Positions 35,584-48,861 of a stretch of DNA of 64,000 nucleotides are shown piece after piece. Origin of the DNA: Rhizodiscina lignyota (Eukaryota); assembly GCA_010015805.1 (NCBI GenBank), contig ML978125.1, positions 1,612,001-1,676,000 on the forward strand, written 5' to 3'. The position numbers and the translations under genes were made by a program. Below the pieces are notes generated by a model, which did no database searches, had not been told where the DNA came from, and worked only from the letters and a program-made list of their open reading frames with translations. The first letter of the stretch is position 1, and each line of letters begins with the position of its first letter.

Positions 35584-37520
35584 GAGGACGACGATGAATT
35601 GGCAACCAAGCTATCAATGGAGATGGTGCTCTTCTATCTGCATAGTGAAGCGTACGAAGCATAGTTCAAGCATTTAAAGCGATCATGCTACTTCCGCAAT
35701 GGACTCGTCACTTTCTCCCAGGCTACCCGCTGGATTCGGCATTGAGATGCGATTACAGGCTCCAACCATATAGCGCACATCAACAGACACGGAATAATCA
35801 AGGAGACCAACGACGAAAGACAACTCGGCCGTTCCGGATCCGCAAACACCTCCCAAGCTGCCGCCACAGAGGTGACATGTCTTGTGACTTTTTATTCCTG
35901 GAAGGAATAGACGGTAGTCAGCATACTGGTTCTGCCATGAAGATGAAGGTGTTAACGCTTCGGTTTATAACGTGACCATCTATGGGGTTGCTGAAGATGA
36001 ACACATGAGGACAAGGAGCCAGTCAAACCGGGACAGCTATACCTTTAAGGTGTCTTAAACAGTGAGGCAGGAAGTACACAGTCAAATTAGGTAACCACGT
36101 GTCAGGCGCAGTGGGTCGAAGACAGCTATGAGAACCGCAGAGATAGAGAACACATATAATAAAATTGATGCTCAAGCTCCATGTATGATGTATAGGCTAA
36201 AGGCTGAGCTGGTGTATTCATCTGAGCGATGCTTCATGTGTGTGAGCTATCAGTTACTCTCCTAATTACAATAGAACCGAAGCTCGATCATTATGCGCGA
36301 GCCGGGCGCTGAGCAAGAGCATCCAATGAAAGTGGTACTCAATCTGTGTCTGTGTGTGTGCGCAAGTAGTCAGTTGAGAGCCTACGTATAATTGAATCAA
36401 CATTTAATTAAAGCGATGCTCGGTCGACGTATGCAAGTTATAGCTCCTAACTACTGAAGCACATTAAGATGGCTCAACGCCCGAGTCCAAGGCCTCAGGA
36501 AATGGAGCCGTTTGTATGCAAAATACCCCGCAAAGAGGCAGCTCCCAGCCGATGCCTGAATCTGGCCTGCACCGACAGCTAGAGGGCAATCGTCGTTTTT
36601 TTACGTTTGTGCACGCCGCAAGAAGCGTAGCACCTCACACCTGCTAACGCAGGGCAGGGCTACCGGTGCTAACTGGAGTTCATGGAACTGGCGGCCTAGA
36701 TAGACGGGTGCAAGGAGGTTCCTGGTGAAACTAGCTCCTATTCGACTTCAGCTTCTCAATACATGGAGAAGGCTGCCTGTGGGACAACCTTATATATACT
36801 AGGTCTTGGCGCAGGTGCCATGCCACGGCAACGTGCAGTTGCCTAGGTAGTCGTGGTAGTGTAACACAAGGATCCGATAACAACACCTTTGTTTTTATGC
36901 ATCTGAACTGAAACCCCGAGATTCATTCTAACGGATTCTTGTTTCTCACATATACTTCATGACCTCGTTAACCTGTCAGGTTCCAAAACAACCTTATGCT
37001 CCCCATTGCCAACGACATCTTCCACGTCATTGGGTAGCAATGCGTCGCAACCAGCACATCCTCTACTAACACATTTCGCTTGTCAGTCTTCCCGAATGTT
37101 CCATTATCCGGCGAGAGGTATATTGTGCACTAAAATGACCTCTTAAAGTTTCCATGGAGAGAGCACGATCAGAGTTACCGCGCTTCGCGCAGTCCTTTCA
37201 ACGAGCAAACTCGGCACCAGCCCCAGACCTGTTATGGTGGTCAAGTCGCACAGAGTGGGCTTCAGTCGAATCAACGATCTCCCAGAGCGCCGTATTTGAT
37301 GGGAAGGCCCCAAATCTGCGACTCTTGGCCGAACAATTGCAAGCTCTCCGGATTAGAACCCCTACGACTTCATAGCAGTAGCTATACATCGATCTGGTTC
37401 GTAGGGTCCAACATTATGCCATAGCACAAAGATTAAGCGCAAAATCTTGCCTGGGTAGCTGAGACCCACAAAAGTGCAAAGCACTTCGTCGATCATTGCC
37501 ACTAGCGACATCAGACACTG

Positions 37521-38537
37521 TCATCCAGGCTCATCTATTCTTGTTCGTGCTCTCTTGCTGTCTCGCGGCACTGGACTTGGATCTGAGAATTCCATGGAAT
37601 CTTGTCGCCGTTTTGCGGTCGTTTGGTGTTGTATTTCCTTAAGACTCGTGAAGAAATGTGCGGCAGAGCGCCCTGCGAATTCTGCAGGATCTCCTAGGTC
37701 GCGGAAGATTGGTATTGAACGGTCTCTACTTGGGGCTTCAAAAGTCAGCAAAGTTCGCAAGGAAAAGAACAGCCTTCATACCAAGTGTCATGTCCTGAGT
37801 TTGTGCGACGATGAGAGTCTCCACATCATCGTCTTCATCATCAGACTTCGCAGTACCAATCGCAACGTCATGCTTTATTTTATCCTCTGGTACGATTTTG
37901 AACCTAGTTGTGTTCGTCCTATCAGAATCATGGTCGGTTGAACAGCGGATCCAGGGCAGCTCGATCGTTCGATCCGGGTCACATATGAGTTTGTTCCGGA
38001 TAACGAATTTCTCGCGAATGAAACTTTCGCGCTGTTGGCATTCGCAGGCAGTGAATGGTTTCCAGTCGCTTGTGCCAGGCTTCATGAATTTGGCGATGAA
38101 TCTCTCTGCCTAATGACGTGGTCCTGCGGTTAGCACAACATACTTCCACCTGATGATCGGCATGTACTAACTTTCTCGTTGTAGGTTGGGTAGGGAGAGT
38201 TTTCAATGCCACTACCACTCGATTCTGCCTGTCCACCGCAGAATTCCTTGTCACTTCCCGGGGGTGTAAGTTGGATTGACGGATCAAGTGTCTCTGAAGG
38301 CTGGCCGGGAACGACTGAATCTGTCACCCTGAGGATGAGATCCAGGTAGTCATCGGATGTAAGAACGCTGGTGAAGAAATCTCTTCGAAGTTCAAGCAGC
38401 TCAGCTTTCTCTCGTAATATCCTTTCTACGCCAGGTTTGCCACCGAGCTTCTGTCCCGCGCTCAATTGCTCTCGCAATGCGTCTTCCGCAAGTTTCTTCT
38501 TTGCTTCGACGCTGCTCTTTGACTGACCCACCGCCAT
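37521..38537 (-). CDS. Orphan hypothetical protein (three-exon model; 5' end uncertain)
   Basis: ORFs 38130-38537, 37738-38085 and 37521-37760 can be joined in frame by introns GTTAGT(38171)..TAG(38110) and GTATGA(~37781)..GCTGAC..AAG. Confidence 0.5.
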
Positions 38538-39603
38538 TCCCGACGAATGCCTATCGCATTGCGCGCCGCGACACGCACGCTATTCGCGCAGCGATGTGGT
38601 GCGTTTGAAATGAAACTCGGTCTCTCGACGCGACAAAGAGCATGCTTGCGCTCCTGGGCAATCACGTCTGGCAGACCAGTCGACTCGCCCGGTCGTTGCG
38701 ACGCACAGTTCCGTAGCTAGGTCCTTTGATCGGTTCGGGTGGTGACGCAGTCTTGCGACGTCGACAAGAGTCACCTCTGTCCGTCGGATGGTGTTGAATT
38801 GAATGATGATGGATTGTCGGCCTGGATGGGGCGTAATAAGGCAGGACCAAGCCTACCAAATGGCGTCCCGCGTGCAGAGACCGGTGAGTGGTCCCAGAGT
38901 CCCAATCGGAGAAAAGCCGGCAATCGATAGAACGTGCACAAGCACAGCTGTTTGCTGCTCCCCAGCCCTGGCAGATGCAGGTCACAGTGGCTCGCATTGG
39001 AGAGTTGCAGAGAATTGTTGTCAAATTGTACAACATTTCACCACCGCCTCGCTCTCATGAAAAGCTTGACTTCGGAAGCTCTTAAAGCAGAGAGCTATAC
39101 AAACGACACCTGACCCTGCCGGCTCCCCAACGGAGAGTGTTTCTCCCTCGAACCCCAATCCAAAGCGAAAATCCGTACGAGTCTTCAATCTCTTTGATAC
39201 TCTTTGATACGGAGTACGAAGTACGAGCGCGGCCTTCAGAATCTTGCCAACGACAGCGAGTCGCCTCTAACGCTGCCGCGCAAGCAGTGCATGTCAAATG
39301 TCGAGCATACGGAACGTCATGGACTCCATTACGACTACTCTACCCTGGCACAATTTGACGAGCAGCCGTTCCTATTAAGTAGAGTATCTAACTTTGTTCT
39401 GTTAACCCCTTGCAGGTAATACACTTCCTTCTCTTGAGCTGTCCACTCATCCCATACGTATTTACTCCGTATTAAACTCAAGCTGTTTGTCTCTTTACGG
39501 CTTGTCGGACGTCTGCTAAAATACCTTGCCTTTAAAGGGGGCTATAAGAGAAACCAGAAGGTCCTTCGGTTGCACTAATAAATTTTACCTTCCCCAACCA
39601 GCC

Positions 39604-40569
39604 TCATTTGCTGGCGGTCATTTTTGCTGCAGAACTAGAAGACCCGCTTACAGACTGCCCTTGTAACTGCTGTTGCCTCTTCTTCTCAATTTCAGCAGAC
39701 TCAATTTCAGCTTGAGTTTTCTTCTTGGCTTGCTCTTGCTTCTCGCGTTCCTTCATTAAGTTAGACCAACTTAAAGGCTTTCGCCAAATTGGCATTCAGT
39801 TTGGCTTACTGATTTCTTCTCCTGCATCATTATGAGAGCTTCTCCTTCTGGCAGCTGCGCAGAGAATAATTCGTGCACATGCCGCCCAAATGCCTTGACG
39901 AATTGTTTGCCCACCAGGAGTTCTTCAACAGGTGACCTTTCCGGAGCTATCAGGAATTCAATCTCCTCTGATTTGTCCATCATATCGAATAATGTGATCT
40001 CTACCTTTTCATCCGTCTCGTATCGATCTCCATGAAAGCACAGATGGCCAACACTTTGCGGAAGGTTCACTATGGCAAAGTTGCCTTTCTGGACTGCTAG
40101 TCGCGAGATCCAATTCACATCAGATTGAGAATCTTCAATGATCTCAAGGTAGTACTCCTTTGCAGTGATATGGTGTACGGTTCTCGCGTAATGAACAGAG
40201 CTGAAACGGTTTTTTGGACGTTGCGCGAGGGTTCTCTAGTTTTGATATTAGCGGACACGAATGTATTGATCCCGGATCATTGATTCGGTTGCTAACATCT
40301 GGCCTGACTTGCTCGGATTCAGGTGGACCAGCGCCATAATCCTCGAACCGGTCAAAAACGCGGTTATCCGGGAGCGGCATGCCCAAGACAGCACTTGCGA
40401 TTCCTTCCATCATTTTCCGGCCATGTGCAAGACGCGCTCGCTCTTCGCGTGACCAATGGCGGTCCTTATTGGACCAATTATCTCCGGGAGGCACTGATTG
40501 TCTTTTTGGTGTGGATGTGCTATCGTTATAGTCTTCATCTCCGGAAATATAACTATGGGATCTCTTCAT
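39604..40569 (-). CDS. Orphan hypothetical protein (three exons)
   Basis: Phase-0 introns GTTAGC..GCTAAT..TAG (~40296-40236) and GTAAGC..CTAAC..AAG (~39809-39751) join the three ORFs into one frame. Confidence 0.6.
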
Positions 40570-41000
40570 GTTTGGGCGTCTTTACGAACTGTGAAAGAAG
40601 CGTTGGATTGCTGCGGGTTTGCATCGGGCGCGGTCGAGATGAATTATCATTAACACCTCGAGCTCAGCCTCACTCCCCCCTTCGATCGTCAGGCATCAAC
40701 AACGGCTGTCGGGCCTTTGGGCCTTTCTTACTGGCGAATATCACTCTAGGTTTATCCTTCCAGTTCAGATCCTGAAGGGATTGGACAAAGTCTGGTCTCT
40801 TTTTGCCTTACACCATGAGGCCGAACTGGGAAGTGACCGGTGTGGGAGTTGGCTTCTCATTGGAGCATAGTCTTCGCCAGCGCATCCCAACTGTATGCTC
40901 CGTATTCAGATAAGACGTTACGTAGGCCGACTAAGGATGTCAGGAATCTACCAGTTTTATCAACAGCCTGCAAAGGGCTGAGGAATGGTTTGTGAGAAGC

Positions 41001-42025
41001 ATGGAGGGCTACACCAAAGTAGCACAACTGATGGCGGCACACGATGAGTTCGCAATCTTGAGAAGTTTCAAGGCCCTTAGCATGCAAAACTTACTCTACT
41101 TGCAAGCTGAACTCATACATCTAGAGTCGCAATTACGCGACCTTGCGAGGCGGGATGCAACGCGGGGTGACCGTCCACATCATACACATGATTGGTGGTC
41201 GCTGTCGCAAAGCGAAGAGGAAGAGGGCGTAGAGCAGTGGGAGAAGTTCCTGGAAATTAGGGAAAAGATTGACAAATATAGTAAGTCGAACTGTTCTGAA
41301 GGACCGTAAGATAATTTCGTTGATGTATCGTGTAATTAACTATAGCTGAGAGTATCCTGAAACACGCTGCTCTGTCTCAGCTGGGTCGTCCAACGCATCA
41401 TGATCTGCAATTTCTGAGGAGCTGGTTCGAAAGACCTAGCATGGGCTCGTTTCCGCTGCTTGGGTTGGACAAGAAAGCCTGGGAAGCTGAACATGAAAGC
41501 GATCTCGTAGCTTTAAACGCACGAAAAGCTTCTGACCGCCTGACTCGATGGTTTACAGACACAGTAATCCCAAGGTTTCATGTCTTGCTCGGAGAGAGAC
41601 TAAAAGTGCGAGTCCTTCACTACATGTATGGTCGTGCGCGCATTACTAAGAATGGACAGCATCCTGTTGTCGCGGATTTCGGCAACGGCATTTACAAGTA
41701 CGAGGAATCGACTCTGCAGACAACGGTATATATAATAACTACCGTCATCGCCTCTCTCCTCCCGCTCTGCTCCGTAGTCGTCCTATTTCTGATTGATGGC
41801 GATGCTCTACGTATGGGGGTCATTGTGATCTTATCGGCATGCTTTTCGATTGCATTGATCTTGACGACAAATGCAAGGCAAATCGAGGTCTTTGCTGCAA
41901 CATCTGCGTAAGTATTAGAGTTTATAGAGTTGGTAGTAGGCCTCTCACCAAGTGGTTGACCTAGGTTCGCTGCAGTTAACGTTGTGTATCTTACGAATAG
42001 CACAGCGTGCCCGGTTTCTTCTTGA
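41001..42025 (+). CDS. DUF6594-like protein with C-terminal transmembrane helices
   Basis: MEGYTKVAQLMAAHDEFAILRSFKALSMQNLLYLQAELIHLE and terminal IITTVIASLLPLCSVVVLF...IEVFAATSA|FAAVNVVY match this fungal family as I recall it; three introns. Confidence 0.8.
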
Positions 42026-42215
42026 GGCGTAAATTGCGCATTTACCAGGTGGTCAGCGGTTATCCCAGGACTTGAGGGACGGGAATTCGTTATCGATACA
42101 TGTAGCATATAATCTGTAACCAGTTAAGGTATCCGAAATAGGCAGATGAATTCCCTTGCCGCATCCTTCAGCTGAAGCGTTCAGAAACGCCTAAACGCCG
42201 GAGTAGCCGTGAGCA

Positions 42216-43858
42216 TTATATGATCCGAAATTCCTCGTTTGCAATGGATTCATCCCATGCCTCGCCGCGCATTATTCCGTGGACGTAGCACTCTCCTCTG
42301 GAGGTATATTCGCCGCTCTTCTCTTTCCGCAGTATATACGGCGTTTTGCCCCCGGTTAGAAGTACCACTTTAGCTCCTCTCTCCGTCATGAGAGGGCCAA
42401 GCCCGAGATACCCCCTTGAAGTGAGAAACATTCTTCGTCCATGGCAGGCACGGTCTAAATGTGTTCTGAACGTTGCGGACTCCTGGATCTCCTCAACCTT
42501 AACCTCCCGATCTGGTTTGCTGAGCATGTTTGTCTTGCAGTATGCAGAATACGCAGACTCTAAATCAGCCACCGGATATGAGTCCGCTGTAATGGTCCGC
42601 AGATATATGTGTGATGCTTCTTCTCCGGTAGGATATCCAAATGTCTTTAGACGGCTAAGGAATCCCTTCCATTCATCGAGCCGTATTGCAGTCCAGTAGC
42701 TCACAAACCAGTTCAATATCGCGTGCTGAAATGGTGCCCTATTCATAGTTTCCATAGGAGAGAATATATATGCAACCTGCATGTCGATGTACGGGAAGAC
42801 AAATGGTAGTCCTGTGTCCACAACAGTGTCGAAGACCAGGCCGGCAGCGTGTAATATTAAATTTCCAGAAAAGTTCAATTTGGCCTCGGAATCCTTGCTG
42901 GCAGCCGCGCTAATCTCTTTTCCAGGGAGCAGAAACTCTTGAGTCCGCGATGATATCGACCAGTCTGGCACCCAAGATGGTAAATCGGGAATACAGCGTC
43001 GTCGAAAGTCGCCTACCGCGGTGAGTACGTCAAGAGTTCCTCTATTCAGCAGCCGGCGCGCGAAATTGGTATACACCTCAGCGGCAGACATTGCGTAGTC
43101 TGGAATGATGGTAGAGGCATCTTCGTCGGTGCACAGTCCGAGTAATGAATATATCCGGTCTCGCTTGTCACTCGCGCGATACATCCTCGTAGAAATGAGA
43201 AGGGTGAATAGATCCAGCTTTCGATTCTCGAGGCATGCTTGTCGTACCTCCGCCAAGTTTATCGCGCTTGTGAGGTCGATCATTGTCGCGTTCGTCAGCT
43301 TATGTTCGTGCAGAAAGCTCGCAGCTGCGAACAAATCGTGAGCATCGAGATTGGTTTCGCCGCACATAAAGACAGCTTTCCGGGCGAGACTGATCTCTTG
43401 GACAATCCAGGCTTGATTCCACCAGCATCGCCAGTATATGAATTCTAGCCCTTTCCATTGCTTGTGGCCAGCTGCAGGGAGTTGTGCAGGGACGACTCTA
43501 GGCGCAATCAGTATCGTCATAAGACGCCCTTGGATTCTTACTCTGGCTCGACATAATGGATGCTACATCGTCGTCGTGGTTTTGGTTCCACCACTCCAAA
43601 TCCACGTTCAAGCCTGAAAAGGTACGTGTGAGCTCGCGCGAGCGCACGTGAGTTGCGCTTTCTCGCCCGCTCAATCAGCTCTAGCACTGCCAATTTATTG
43701 GCAATCTTCTTTCTCAGCTTCTTTGTGGTGAGAGAAGGAAAGGGAGGAAAGGGAGGAAAGGGATGAAGGACGTGCGCGTCTGAAGTTACGGCCATCATAT
43801 AACCGATGTACTGGAGTACATACGGGGATATGTGAGCTAGGTCGCACGCCCCTTCCAC
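42216..43858 (-). CDS. HET (heterokaryon incompatibility, HET-6-like) protein, apparently lacking the N-terminal part of the HET domain; possible pseudogene
   Basis: WWNQAWIVQEISLARKAVFMCG, ASDKRDRIYSLLGL, IIPDY, LPSWVPDWS, GRRMFLTSRGYLGLGP and GECYVHGIMRGE; an intron ~43541-43498 links an upstream exon. Confidence 0.75.
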
Positions 43859-44406
43859 CCCTTGTAAAAAACAGTAGAGATGAGTCGTACATTGACTAAG
43901 TGAGATGATAAGATACTAGTATGAAACGACACCTACACAATCAGTAACAGCTTAAAAGAGACAACAGCAGGAAATAAATGTCAAACTCGAAGACAAAATA
44001 GGAGAAGTACTTCGCCACAGCAGCCACAAGCTCAGCCCACCTAATGTTCCATTGCAGAGAGGGCTGAGATCCTGCCAGGCACCGATCCTTGCATAGCACG
44101 TTCTGGCAATGCGAGGTAGCGTGACGTTATCGAAGTGCAAAGGAATTGAAGAGGATAGGAGGTGAAAATATGGAAAATAGCCAATTTGAAATGTATATGG
44201 AATTAGTTGCACAGTGTTACGCGTCGCGAATGTCCTCACGCGATTGATCGCACCCGGCTTCGCCTCTCCCGGACCCTGATCACCCCTGTGTCGATCCATC
44301 AACAATTCCAGCAGAAAGAGTTAAGTCTCCAAAATGTTCAATTGATCCATCTACATGCTTGGTGTCAGCAGTTGATACTCCGAACCCCCAGCGCAGAGCC
44401 TCCGCG

Positions 44407-45706
44407 ATGCTTCAGCCTTTACCAGACGACCTGCCGAAGCCTCTCCAGCCCATCAAGAGCGCACTGGTGGTAGGGGGATGTGGGTTTCTGGGCCATCACA
44501 TCGTACACCAGCTTCTACAAAGACATCACGATGCGCAAATACACGTGCTCGATCTAAGATGTGAAAAGAATATAATATCGGACGCTCGACTCTCGTACCA
44601 CGATGGCGACATCACAGATCCAGCCGCCATGGCAGCACTTCTCAACGACATTAAGCCACAGGCCGTTATACACACTGCTTCGCCACATTTTGGCGTGACA
44701 AAGGCGATGGAGGAGCTGATGTACAAGGTCAATGTGTCAGGGACGAAGAACCTGCTGGAAAAGAGCAAAGAATGTGGAAGCGTGAAGGCATTCGTATACA
44801 CGAGTAGCGCAAGCGTGGTCATGAAAAAGGTCATGGTAATGCGCGAAGGTGGCCTCAGAAATGTGGACGAGGATTGGGCCGTGGCGGCGGAGAACGAGCA
44901 GTGGGAATACTATGGGACTACTAAGGTATGTCGTGAGCTCCGTCTTCGTACAAGGACACAGCCGCCCTGCGAATGCATTTCTCTCCTGGGGGAGGTTGGA
45001 TAGTTGCTAATATCATGATCCACAGGCTCTCGCTGAACAAGCAGTCCTAGAAGCGAACCGCACAGCTACCCAATTCTTCACTGCAGCAATCCGACCCGCA
45101 TTAATCTATGGCGAGGGCGATATCCAAGCTCTCCCACTCATTCTCCAAGCCGCCCGACGCGGCCAATGGCGCTTCCAGATTGGAGACAACTCCAATCTCT
45201 TCGACGTCACATACGCCGGCAATGCCGCCTACGCACATCTTCTAGCCGCCGAAGCCCTCCTATACACACATACTCTTGGCTCTACAGTACCACTCGATCT
45301 AGAAAGAGTGGATGGCGAGGCATTTTTCGTCACAAACGACGCGCCAGTGTACTTCTGGGATTTCTGTCGGCAGGCATGGAAGGCAGCCGGCATTGCAGAG
45401 AGCACAGACAAGGTATGGGTGCTCGGTCAGAGCTTCAGCATGGGTCTGGGCGCGTTTTTGGAGGGTGTGATGTGGGTTCTGGGGAAGCAAGCGAATTTAA
45501 CGAAAGAGAAAGTACGATTTAGTACCATCTCCCGGTACTACAATATATCGAAGGCGAAGAAGCGGTTAGGATATCGGTCAATTGTCGGATTTGAAGAAGG
45601 AATAAGAAGGGCTGTTGTAGAGATAGACGAACGAGGAGCAGGCGGTAAGGTGACGGCGAATGCGGTGAATGGACATGCGAATGGAACGGGGAAAAAGGCA
45701 CAGTGA
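44407..45706 (+). CDS. ERG26: Sterol-4-alpha-carboxylate 3-dehydrogenase (C-3 sterol dehydrogenase, 3-beta-HSD family)
   Basis: LVVGGCGFLGHHIV, VIHTASP, VNVSGT, FVYTSSASVV, catalytic YGTTK, AIRPALIYGEGD, QIGDNSNLFD and GEAFFVTND; intron ~44926-45025. Confidence 0.85.
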
Positions 45707-45898
45707 TGCGACATTGCGAAACGGGAATAAAATTTTCTCTCAACCGGGGATCGAGGTCAAAAGCTGGACTAGATGACATAATGATAATATTGGCCTCGCG
45801 GCCTGTACATGAGAGGAATTTTTGGCTCGCCAGAAGACTCCCGGCGATGTCTCGAACATTGATAAGAATACCAGCGAACTGCCTTCTATGGCATCGAT

Positions 45899-48022
45899 CT
45901 ATGCCTTGCCTTTGCCCAAAACCATTGGTAATATACTCTTCAAAGCCATCGCCAATTCATCCCAGCTGCTACATGTCGCGAAGAGCATCTTGTCAGGCCT
46001 AACAATTGCAAATCTCTTCCCGCCTACAGATTTCTTTATTCGCAATTCATCATAATCTTCGACCAGCGGAGACAGTGTGGATAGGGAACTTTTAAGGAAT
46101 TCATCTGCAGAAGCGATCCTGATGAAAGCACCTTGCACGGTTTTCGGCAGCTTCGATCTAAGAGTGGCGTTCGTGTCGTTCACGATCGTGGTGAGCTCTT
46201 CGCCTCGGACGAAACCGCTAGATAATTCGTCGACGCGTCGTAACGCGTCTTCATCGACGCCGACATCTTCTAGCATATCGACCAGTTGAACAAGCTGGAA
46301 CAGGCCAGCCTTGTCTTTCTGGAAAATCACATCATCCGTGTACATCAAGTCTCCTGAATCTTTACCGTCTGCGCCAATCCTGCGACAGAAGACTTGCGAG
46401 ATCGCCTTTCCCCCATCCATCTCTTTCATAAATGCCATGCCTTCGCCATACTCGTACGTTAAAGCCTCGGTATTTGTCCTTTGCATTGCTCTTCTCCAAC
46501 TGGGCAGCAGCTGCATGAACCACATCGTCCAATCGCGCTTGAAAATCTTCCACGGATCCTTCTCGGACAGCAGCTCACCGTTGAGGATGGTATATTTAAG
46601 CGCACGTTTAACGTCTGTTTTGCGCTCGAGCGCCCAGCCTGTGAACAGATGGTCGTGGTCGAGAGTCGAGTCGCGGGTGAGGAGGGCCAGCCGCCAGGCA
46701 AGATCAACAGCATCGAGCATGCCGCAGCGGACACCCTGGCCGCCGTCTGGATAATCATATTTAGTGTTCGAAGAAGTCACTGAAGTTGCAAAGCACTGGC
46801 TCACATGGCGGAAAGACGTGAGCAGCATCTCCTAAGACAAGAGTCCGGCCAACGTGCCACTTGTTACAAGTGCGGGCTCGAAATGCGTATGAGAAGGTGC
46901 TCTTTAATTCTATGCAATCCTCTGGGAATCGCACTTCGGTTGATAACCTAAGTCCCGTTAGCTTTTGTCTAAGGAATGATGCAAGGTTAACATATGTCGA
47001 CTTGCCCGTATCGTGATCCCGCGTGTGTCAAGTATGGCCAGAAGATCTCGTTCACCTTTTCCTCCGAGACCATTTCGTGACGATCCTCGCCCTCGTTGAT
47101 CTCAAACTCGGTATGCCAGAGCCCATTTTGGTCAGCCAGGTTACCAATTCTTCCTGCCGCGCCGAGGCGATCAGGATTCGCGAGGAAGAAGAAATACGGA
47201 GGGAAGAAGTCATCTATCACTTGCTGTGGAGTGTAGCCCTTCTTCCAAAGTGAGAATTTTGGATGTGTCTCGGGAGTTGGCACTGTAACATGCCAATTCG
47301 AACCGACCCAAGTTTTGCGGAACGGGAATGTCTCTTCCATGATGACGCCTTTAGCCTCAAGATACATTTTCCTCGTGTATCCCACCTTACCGTCCGCCCC
47401 GGCCAGGAATCTCCCCTTGACAATCCTGCTCTTCCCGTGTCGATCTTTGAAATGAACATAAACCCACTCGTCATCTTCGTTGATGGATTCTACAGTGCAT
47501 CCTACCCTGAGCTCGGCATACTCGCTCTTGTCTATGAATTCACGCATGCAGCGCTCCATAACGGGCTGTCTGAAATTGGAACCCCCGACATGGCTCGTAT
47601 GCCCTAGCTGCTGACTATTAGCAATGCCGATAGAAGGTTCGATCAAGAATTGCGCCGCACCCGGTTCCAATCATACATCAGAAAGGGTGGGTGCCAGTAA
47701 TCGGTATGCCTGCCTGGGATGAATTTTGCCTTGTTGGGATAGACTATCAACTGCTCAGACTCAATCAACCTGATAAACTCTTAGAGCACATACGCTCCAT
47801 TATTTCCGTATACATCTGCCTTGTCAATCCGACGGCCTGAAGTGCACGCCATGCATTCTCGCCATTGCGAAACGCGCGGGGGTACGGCCAAATGTCGACA
47901 TCTTTCTCCAGAACGATGTTACGAACGCGGTGGGTATGCAAAGTTGTAGACAATGTAAGGCCGGTCGGTCCAGCGCCAATTATTATGACGTCCGTCGTGT
48001 CGGTGAGCTCTTCACCCGCCAT
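45899..48022 (-). CDS. FAD-dependent aromatic monooxygenase (MhpA/PHBH-like, FAD_binding_3)
   Basis: DVIIIGAGPTGL, FLAGADGKVGYTRK and LGDAAHVFPP|YGGQG...DAVDLAWRL; five-exon model including a GC-AG intron. Confidence 0.88.
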
Positions 48023-48861
48023 GTTCACGAGAAATGAGAAAGGAGATGAAAAGAGATCGCAGAGATGTCAGCCCGGACCTCATAAGACAGTTGCATATAG
48101 CGGAGATATGTAGATTCGATTACCAAATCAGCAGGGCAAGGAATATGAGATAAAGTTACGCCGTGAAAGCATGCCGCTTATTAGTTGCACTTCCAATCTC
48201 ACCTCACCAAAGACGCCTACCAAAGACGAGCATACCAATCAACCGAAGGGCTTATTCACAGGCGATACTCTGCATATTGAACCGAATAATACCGAGAATC
48301 CTCTCTACTTCACAGAACGAGAGGTTTTGTTGTTGTAGATAAACTCAGAGGGAGACGAGGAACAGGAGGTCGAGGTGGACTGGGGCGATCTTGAAACGCT
48401 AAGCCACATTCGGTGAATACCACTTTTAACAGACTGCACAAGCAGGGCTTGGAATGTTGTGTTCCAATATGTCAGCGAGATGGCGCCAGTATAGGCAGAC
48501 TACAAAGGTTAAGCACTGTGCGTGATACGAAGCAGACGCATATGGAATCAACCACGGACCAGCTCCAGGGAGTCAATTCTAACACGATCCGGTTACAGGA
48601 CATCTGTCGATGACACAATATGCTGAGTAGATAGGCACGCTTGATTTATGTTTACTTTTCCCTCAATTGCAGTAGCCAAGGATTCTGCGCCAACCCCTGT
48701 CCTCGTAAACGCTTAAAGCAAAATGGTATAAGTTACAAAAGCGAACTCCAGGTGTTGTGCAACGCAACATCCTGATGTACTGGCTCCCTCGCAAGCGTCC
48801 AAGGACTAAACGCATGCTCGTCATAACTCCTGGTGAGTTTGGAATCATCAATCTTGTCCCT

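Noticed and set aside
35581..35975. Stop-codon readthrough or editing extension of the 35035 ORF
   Set aside because: The frame meets a stop roughly every 27-55 codons, close to random expectation, and has no recognisable motif.
44279..44288. SREBP-type sterol regulatory element (ATCACCCCTG) upstream of ERG26
   Set aside because: Only an 8/10 match to ATCACCCCAC; plausible but not distinguishable from chance without conservation data.
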